DNA from: an uncultured Spirochaetota bacterium
GTDB taxonomy: Bacteria; Spirochaetota; Spirochaetia; SZUA-6; Fen-1364
Length of the DNA stretch: 64,000 nucleotides
Direction: 5' to 3'
Assembly (NCBI GenBank): GCA_963820525.1
Contig: CAWGAA010000001.1
Location: 1,504,001 to 1,568,000 of the forward strand
Positions 58,007 through 64,000 of the stretch are shown here, one piece after another. The notes beneath the pieces were generated by a model. It was not told where the DNA came from. It did not search any database and saw only the letters and a list, made by a program, of their open reading frames with translations. Both the position numbers and the translations under genes were made by a program. How positions within the stretch are numbered: position 1 is the first letter of the stretch; each line of letters opens with the position of its first letter.

Positions 58007-58882
58007 TCAGGCCACGATGTCCCAGAACGCCTTCACAACGGGGGAGGCGAGCCTCCGACGGTGGGCGCACAGGCCGATTGTATAAGGCTCCAGGGGCGGC
58101 GCCACATCCAGCATCCGCACCTCCCCTTTCTGGGAGAACCTCTCCACGACTATGCGGGGGACCACCCCGACGCCGCAGCCCAGCCGGACCATGGAGACGA
58201 TGGCCTCGTGGCCGGAAACCTCCGCGTAGACGTTCGGCCGTATTCGCGAGGCGCGGAACCACGCGTCTGCCCGCTTTCGCGAAAGGCCGGCCTCGGAGAG
58301 CACCATGGGAACCCGGCCCCAGGGGATCGGAGGCTTCGACGTGAGGGCCTGCGCCTCGCAGCGGATCGCCGGAGCGATGAACTCGAGAGGTGTCACCGTC
58401 ACGGCCTTGAAAACGAGGCTCCGGGCAAGAGAGTCGGGACGCGCAGCCACCGTGATGTCCGCGGCGCCGCTTTGCACCCGTTCGATGGCGTTGGCCGGAT
58501 CTCCGGTCTCCAGCCGGATATGGATTGCCGGGTGCTTGACGCGGAAGATGGGCAGGAGCGCCGAGAGCACGGTATAGGAGGCGGCCACGGAGGAGTACAG
58601 GACGATCTCTCCCGTGAGCTCCTCCTGCCCGCTTGCAAGCGAGTTCTTGAGCTTCTTCCAGCCGTCGAGCGCCTCCAGGGCGTAGCTCCGGAAGCGGAGG
58701 CCCGCCGGCGTAAGCTCAACGCTCCGGTTGTCGCGGACGAAGAGTCTCTGGCCCAGCTCCTCCTCCAGCCGCAGGATGGTGCGGCTGAGGGCGGATGGGC
58801 TCAAGTTGCACTCGCGGCTGGCCCTGCCGAAGTGGAGGGTGGCGGCGAGGCTGAGGAACACGGTAAGGGAATTGAAGTCCAT
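58007..58882 (-). CDS. ilvY: LysR regulator IlvY
   Basis: LHFGRAS..SPSALSR, YAEVSGHEAIVSMV.LGCG; divergent from ilvC. Confidence 0.88.
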   Translation of the reverse strand: MDFNSLTVFLSLAATLHFGRASRECNLSPSALSRTILRLEEELGQRLFVRDNRSVELTPAGLRFRSYALEALDGWKKLKNSLASGQEELTGEIVLYSSVAASYTVLSALLPIFRVKHPAIHIRLETGDPANAIERVQSGAADITVAARPDSLARSLVFKAVTVTPLEFIAPAIRCEAQALTSKPPIPWGRVPMVLSEAGLSRKRADAWFRASRIRPNVYAEVSGHEAIVSMVRLGCGVGVVPRIVVERFSQKGEVRMLDVAPPLEPYTIGLCAHRRRLASPVVKAFWDIVA

Positions 58883-58893
58883 GGCCTCCCCTT

Positions 58894-58943
58894 GTTGCGT
58901 AAATCGCAACATTATATGGTAAAAATATCACTTTCATCAATAT
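58894..58943. promoter_or_regulatory. IlvY operator pair (O1/O2-like)
   Basis: GTTGCGTAAATCGCAAC palindrome and an adjacent ATATCACTTTCATCAATAT element between ilvY and ilvC. Confidence 0.65.
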
Positions 58944-58985
58944 TCGGAATCGTGCATAATTGCGGCAAACGGAAGGAGAAAAACT

Positions 58986-60053
58986 GTGGCAAAGATCAAT
59001 TTCGGCGGCGTCTGGGAAGAGGTGGTCACGCGGGACGAGTTTCCGCTGAAGAAGGCCAAGGAAGCCCTCAAGAACGAGACGATCGCCGTCATCGGCTACG
59101 GCGTGCAGGGGCCGGCGCAGTCGCTGAACATGCGGGACAACGGCTTCAAGGTCATCATCGGCCAGGCCCCCCAGTTCAAGCGGGAATGGGACAAGGCGAT
59201 CAAGGACGGCTGGGTCCCGGGAAAGACGCTGTTCCCCATCGAGGAGGCGGCAAAGAAGGCCACCGTGATCCAGTACCTGGTGTCCGACGCGGGCCAGAAG
59301 GTCGTGTGGCCCGCCCTCAAGGAATGCCTGAAGCCGGGAGATGCGTTATATTTTTCACACGGGTTTTCCATCGTGTACAAGGAACAGACCGGCGTCATCC
59401 CGCCCAAGGACGTCGACGTCATTCTCGTGGCACCCAAGGGGTCGGGAGCGAGCGTGCGGGCCAACTTCCTGGCCAAGAGCGGCATCAACTCCAGCTACGC
59501 AGTCTTTCAGGATGCCACGGGCCGCGCCACCGAGCGGACCCTCGCCCTCGGCATCGCAATCGGCTCGGGCTACCTCTTCCCCACCACCTTCGAGAACGAG
59601 GTGTACAGCGATCTCACCGGAGAGCGCGGCGTGCTGATGGGCGCCCTGGCCGGGATCATGGAGGCGCAGTACGACGTGCTGCGCGTGCACGGGCACTCCC
59701 CCAGCGAGGCGTTCAACGAGACAGTGGAGGAGCTCACCCAGAGCCTCATCCGGCTGGTGGCGGAAAATGGGATGGACTGGATGTACTCGAACTGCAGCAC
59801 CACGGCCCAGCGGGGAGCCCTGGATTGGAAGCCCCGTTTCAAGGCCGCCGTGGCGCCGGTGTTCAAGCAGCTCTACGATTCGGTGAAGACGGGCAAGGAG
59901 ACCGAGATCGTGATCCGGGTGAACAGCGCGCCCGACTACCGCGAGAAGCTGGAAGCGGAGCTCAAGCTGATCCACGACTCGGAGATGTGGCAGGCGGGAG
60001 CCGCGGTTCGCTCGCTGCGCCCCGAGAACTGGCACTCAAAGAAAGGGAAGTGA
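58986..60053 (+). CDS. ilvC: Ketol-acid reductoisomerase
   Basis: IGYGVQG, SHGF, APKG and SDLTGERG. Confidence 0.95.
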   Translation: MAKINFGGVWEEVVTRDEFPLKKAKEALKNETIAVIGYGVQGPAQSLNMRDNGFKVIIGQAPQFKREWDKAIKDGWVPGKTLFPIEEAAKKATVIQYLVSDAGQKVVWPALKECLKPGDALYFSHGFSIVYKEQTGVIPPKDVDVILVAPKGSGASVRANFLAKSGINSSYAVFQDATGRATERTLALGIAIGSGYLFPTTFENEVYSDLTGERGVLMGALAGIMEAQYDVLRVHGHSPSEAFNETVEELTQSLIRLVAENGMDWMYSNCSTTAQRGALDWKPRFKAAVAPVFKQLYDSVKTGKETEIVIRVNSAPDYREKLEAELKLIHDSEMWQAGAAVRSLRPENWHSKKGK

Positions 60054-60128
60054 TCTCGCGGCCACATCTCTTGCAGCATGCGGGAGCGGCAGCGCGGGCT
60101 TCACGATGGAAGCCGTAAGGAGATTTCA

Positions 60129-61958
60129 ATGGCGATACCCTTGAGAAGCGCGACGACACTCGTCGGGCGGCGGATGGCGGGGGCGAGGAGCCTCTGGCGG
60201 GCAACCGGCATGCGGGACGAGCACATGGGCAGGCCCGTCATCGCAGTGGTCAATTCATTCACGCAGTTCGTTCCGGGACACACCCACCTGCACGAGATCG
60301 GGCAGCGCGTGAAGGCCCTGATCGAGGCCCAGGGGTGCTTTGCCGCGGAGTTCGACACCATCGCCATCGATGACGGAATCGCGATGGGCCACAATGGGAT
60401 GCTCTACTCCCTGCCCTCCCGCGAGCTGATCGCAGACAGCGTCGAGTACATGGTCAATGCCCATACGGCGGACGCCATGGTGTGCATTTCAAACTGCGAC
60501 AAGATAACGCCGGGGATGCTCATGGCCGCAATGAGGCTGAACATCCCCACCATCTTCGTCTCCGGCGGGCCCATGGAGGCCGGGGTCCGGGGAAACAAGC
60601 GCTACGACCTGGTGGATGCCATGGTGCAGTCCGCTGACCCATCGGTCTCGGACGAAGAGGTGGCGGCCATCGAGAACATCGCCTGCCCTACGTGTGGAAG
60701 CTGCTCCGGGATGTTCACGGCAAACTCGATGAACTGCCTCAACGAGGCACTGGGAATGGCCCTTGCGGGAAACGGCACGGTTGTGGCCACTCATGCAAAC
60801 CGCCTGCGCCTCTTCGAGAAGGCTGCCAAGAGGATCGTCGAGATGGCGGACGCCTGGTATTTCAACGAAGACGCCTCCGTGCTCCCCCGCTCGATCGCCA
60901 CCAAGGCCGCATTCAAGAACGCGATGGCCCTGGACATTGCAATGGGCGGCTCCACCAACACGGTTCTGCACCTCCTGGCGATCGCCCGGGAAGCCGGGGT
61001 CGACTTCACCATGACGGACATCGACGCTCTCTCCCGCAAGATCCCCTGCCTCTGCAAGGTCGCGCCCAGCTCCTCCTACCACGTGGAAGACGTCAACAGG
61101 GCCGGCGGGATCCTCGGCATCCTGGCAGAGCTCGACCGGGGAGGCCTGCTGGACACCTCGGTCCCGCGCGCGGACGGGCTGATCTTGAAGAAGGCCCTCC
61201 AGAGCTGCGACGTTCGCTCTTCTTCTGTCACCAAGGAGGCGATAGAGACGTACAGGAGCGCCCCGGGGGGAAGGCGCAGCCTCACGATGGGCTCCCAGTC
61301 GGTGGCCTTCGCAGAGCTTGATACGGATCGCGAGAAGGGCTGCATTCGCGATATCGCCCACTGCTACTACCCCGATGGCGGCCTGGCCGTTCTGTACGGC
61401 AATATCGCCGAGCGTGGATCCATCGTGAAGACGGCCGGTGTCGATCCCTCGATCTTCACCTTCAAGGGACCGGCCCGCGTGTTCTCCTCCCAGGAAGAGG
61501 CCAGCGATGGAATCCTCGGCGGACGGGTGAAGGCGGGAGACGTGGTCGTGATCCGTTACGAAGGCCCCAAGGGAGGGCCCGGCATGCAGGAGATGCTCTA
61601 CCCCACATCCTACATCAAGGCCATGCACCTGGGAGACAAGTGCGCCCTAGTCACGGACGGAAGGTTCTCAGGAGGAACATCGGGATTGTCGATCGGCCAT
61701 GTCTCTCCCGAGGCGGCCGAGGGCGGCGCGCTCGCGCTTCTGCGCGACGACGACGTCATAGCGATCGACATCGCGAAGCGCTCCATCAACGTGGAGCTTT
61801 CAAAGAAGGATCTCGAGCACAGGCGCGCCGAAGAGAAAGCGCTGGGCAAGGACGCCTTCACTCCGCGCGGCCGCGAGCGCGAGGTCTCCCTTGCGCTCAA
61901 GGTGTACGCCCTGCTCGCCTCATCGGCGGACACCGGCGCGGTGAGGAAGCTGCCCTAG
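60129..61958 (+). CDS. ilvD: Dihydroxy-acid dehydratase
   Basis: [28 protein letters not shown] and TDGRFSG. Confidence 0.96.
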   Translation: MAIPLRSATTLVGRRMAGARSLWRATGMRDEHMGRPVIAVVNSFTQFVPGHTHLHEIGQRVKALIEAQGCFAAEFDTIAIDDGIAMGHNGMLYSLPSRELIADSVEYMVNAHTADAMVCISNCDKITPGMLMAAMRLNIPTIFVSGGPMEAGVRGNKRYDLVDAMVQSADPSVSDEEVAAIENIACPTCGSCSGMFTANSMNCLNEALGMALAGNGTVVATHANRLRLFEKAAKRIVEMADAWYFNEDASVLPRSIATKAAFKNAMALDIAMGGSTNTVLHLLAIAREAGVDFTMTDIDALSRKIPCLCKVAPSSSYHVEDVNRAGGILGILAELDRGGLLDTSVPRADGLILKKALQSCDVRSSSVTKEAIETYRSAPGGRRSLTMGSQSVAFAELDTDREKGCIRDIAHCYYPDGGLAVLYGNIAERGSIVKTAGVDPSIFTFKGPARVFSSQEEASDGILGGRVKAGDVVVIRYEGPKGGPGMQEMLYPTSYIKAMHLGDKCALVTDGRFSGGTSGLSIGHVSPEAAEGGALALLRDDDVIAIDIAKRSINVELSKKDLEHRRAEEKALGKDAFTPRGREREVSLALKVYALLASSADTGAVRKLP

Positions 61959-62135
61959 CCCCGCGGCGGTATTCCGCCGCGCAGAGGGCGGAGGTCGGCC
62001 GAGGCATGGATGCCGGAAGGCCGACCCCTAGCCCCGCGGCGGTATTCCGCCGCGCTGAGGGCGGGGGGGCGCGAAGCCAGAGAAGGCGGCAGCGCCCCCT
62101 AGCCCCGCGGCGGTATTCCGCCGCGCAGAGGGCGG
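61953..62135. repeat. Three 39 bp palindromic repeats with hairpin spacers (REP/BIME-like)
   Basis: CCCTAGCCCCGCGGCGGTATTCCGCCGCGC(A/T)GAGGGCGG at 61953, 62026 and 62097. Confidence 0.85.
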
Positions 62136-62150
62136 AGGTCCGCTCCGACT

Positions 62151-62813
62151 TCACGTATCAGCCGCCGGCCGGTCCGCCCAGAACCCTTTCTTCACGGAGA
62201 GCTTCTCGCCGTCCCATTGAACGGTTCCCTCCTCGCGCAGCTTCACAAGGAGGCGTGAAAGGGTCTCGGGAAGCGCGTCGATGGCCGCGGCCACGTCGCG
62301 CTTGGAAAGATCGATCTCGTACTCCTCCCGCTCCCCGTAGTGGTCCTGCAGGAAGTGAAAGAAACGCTGCTCGACATCGAAGGCCGAGAGGCGGAAGATC
62401 TGGTCGGCAAGGTAACGCTGCTTGGTCAGGAGCATGGAGATGAAATCGCTGCGGAAGCCCTCATCCTCCAGCAGGCAGTGGAATTGCCGGCGGGGAAGCG
62501 CGAATGATTCGGCGGGGGTGAGGGTGCACGCGCTCACGGGATAGTCCTCCCGCTCGAAGAGAATCGCTTCCCCAAAGATCTCCCCGGGCTTGATGAGCTT
62601 GATGACCACTTCCTTTCCGTCCCGGGAGGTCTTGAAGAGCTGCACCGTGCCCTGCGCCTGCAGGTACATCGAGTGGCCTCTCTCGCCTTCCAGAAAGAGC
62701 ATCTCGCGCTTCTTGAAAACCATGGGGATGCAGATCGCGGCCACCGCTTTCCTGTTGCCCGCGGAAATACTCTTGAAAAAATCCGATCTCTCGAGGAGCC
62801 TGTTGATGTCCAT
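62151..62813 (-). CDS. Crp/Fnr family regulator (HcpR-like)
   Basis: cNMP domain (GEIFGE) and HTH PETLSR. Confidence 0.9.
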   Translation of the reverse strand: MDINRLLERSDFFKSISAGNRKAVAAICIPMVFKKREMLFLEGERGHSMYLQAQGTVQLFKTSRDGKEVVIKLIKPGEIFGEAILFEREDYPVSACTLTPAESFALPRRQFHCLLEDEGFRSDFISMLLTKQRYLADQIFRLSAFDVEQRFFHFLQDHYGEREEYEIDLSKRDVAAAIDALPETLSRLLVKLREEGTVQWDGEKLSVKKGFWADRPAADT

Positions 62814-62931
62814 AGCGCGGGTACCACCTCAAGTATACCAAAGCCAGGCACGACGCGAAAACTCACGGCGCGACCGCGGCTTGTTTCGCTCCCGATGCTG
62901 CGCCCGGCCCCGGCAGGGATTCTCGTCCGCC

Positions 62932-62945
62932 TTGACTCAGATCAA
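62932..62945. promoter_or_regulatory. FNR/HcpR-type box
   Basis: TTGACTCAGATCAA (TTGAT-N4-ATCAA-like) between the regulator and the Fe-S gene. Confidence 0.7.
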
Positions 62946-63008
62946 GGCACCCGTGATCTCGATCCGCTATTCTCTTCAATGGATTTCAAAGATACGGGAG
63001 GCTGGATC

Positions 63009-63965
63009 GTGAGCGTAAGGAAAATCATCATAATCGACGAGGAAAAATGCAATGGCTGCGGCCTGTGCATCCCCAACTGCCCCGAGGGAGCGCTGCAGGT
63101 TATCGATGGAAAAGGCCGCCTTGCGAGCGATCTTTTCTGCGACGGCCTGGGCGCATGCATCGGCTACTGCCCGGAAGGGGCCATCGCGATCGAGGATCGG
63201 GAGGCGGAGCCGTACGACGAGAGGAAGGTGATGGTCAACATCTCGTCGCAAGGCGCCAACACCATCCGGGCGCATTTGGAACATCTCAGGTCCCACGGAG
63301 AAGGGAAACTTCTCGCCGAGGCCCTTCGCTACCTGGCGGATGAGGGCATCGAGCTTCCGGCCGGCTTCAGCGCAAAAGAGGAGCCCGAACATCATTCCGG
63401 GTGTCCCGGCGCCCGGGCCATGGAGATTGCACACGCGGGGACGGAAGACCCTGCGCCCCACGCAGGCTCCGAGCTCTCCAATTGGCCCGTGCAGCTCCAC
63501 CTCATCCCGCCGACTTCTCCTCTTTTCGCGGGCAAGGACGTCATTGTGGCTGCGGACTGCGTTGCCTACGCCTGCGGCTCCTTCCATCAGAGCTGGCTTC
63601 GGGGAAAGACCCTTGCGATCGCCTGCCCGAAGCTCGACGATGGAATGGACGTGTACCGGGAAAAGATCACCGCATTGATCGACCATGCAAAGATCAACAC
63701 CCTCACCGTCATGATGATGGAGGTCCCCTGCTGCCGAGGCCTCTTCGCCATCGCGGAGCAAGCGCTGCAAAAGGCTCACAGGAAAATCCCGCTCAAGGCG
63801 GTTGTCATCGGCATAAAAGGGGGAGAGGTCCTCTCCGAGAGGTGGGTGAGATACGGCCCGGCGCGGCGGCCCACCCGCTATTCAGTATCCTCGGCGCCTG
63901 ACGCTGGTGCGGCGGCGTCAGAGTGCGGCGGCGCACTTGACGGATCCGTGATGGGAAGCTCATAA
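63009..63965 (+). CDS. 4Fe-4S dicluster protein (FrdX-like)
   Basis: CNGCGLCIPNCP, CDGLGACIGYCP, WPVQL, ACPKLD and MEVPCC; the 3' end may be over-extended. Confidence 0.88.
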   Translation: MSVRKIIIIDEEKCNGCGLCIPNCPEGALQVIDGKGRLASDLFCDGLGACIGYCPEGAIAIEDREAEPYDERKVMVNISSQGANTIRAHLEHLRSHGEGKLLAEALRYLADEGIELPAGFSAKEEPEHHSGCPGARAMEIAHAGTEDPAPHAGSELSNWPVQLHLIPPTSPLFAGKDVIVAADCVAYACGSFHQSWLRGKTLAIACPKLDDGMDVYREKITALIDHAKINTLTVMMMEVPCCRGLFAIAEQALQKAHRKIPLKAVVIGIKGGEVLSERWVRYGPARRPTRYSVSSAPDAGAAASECGGALDGSVMGSS

Positions 63966-64000
63966 TGCGCCTGCGCGCCTTCTGGGCGCGCCGCCGAGGA

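Noticed and set aside
61953..62135. CRISPR array call
   Set aside because: Only three repeats, the spacers are structurally similar GC-rich hairpins, and there is no leader or cas gene in the window; reported as REP-like instead.

Overview
GC-rich bacterial chromosome segment, most likely from a spirochaete. That call is an inference from Treponema-type OmpA, integrase, HtrA and hypothetical proteins. The flanks are mostly housekeeping: an A2-type cytochrome c oxidase operon with heme o synthase and fumC, htrA, argR, polX-nth, era, mtnP, clpP-purC, argJ, infA, dksA, trmB, ilvY-ilvC-ilvD and an HcpR-like regulator. The centre (about 24.0-37.7 kb) holds two tandem islands at the 3' end of tRNA-Arg(TCT). 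The first is an old 1.4 kb remnant with a decayed integrase, hicB-hicA and a third ORF. The second is a 12.2 kb phage-satellite-like element with an integrase, an AlpA/Xis-like HTH protein, a P4/D5-type helicase followed by an iteron origin, a C5-methyltransferase/endonuclease/Vsr module and a second Xer-like recombinase. The most unusual structure lies downstream of this second recombinase. Its 3' end recurs twice more as diverged fragments, and each copy is followed by a different cargo, which looks like a serial cassette array. The last cargo is a three-gene DUF3467-like / DUF5678-like / retropepsin-like protease operon, a candidate undescribed defence or toxin-antitoxin system. Also notable: a candidate ~95 nt sRNA upstream of clpP, a REP-like triple repeat, and a cNMP-binding protein with a histone-like tail. 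Family assignments come from motif recognition by eye; no searches were run. Several single-base frameshifts may be sequencing errors.
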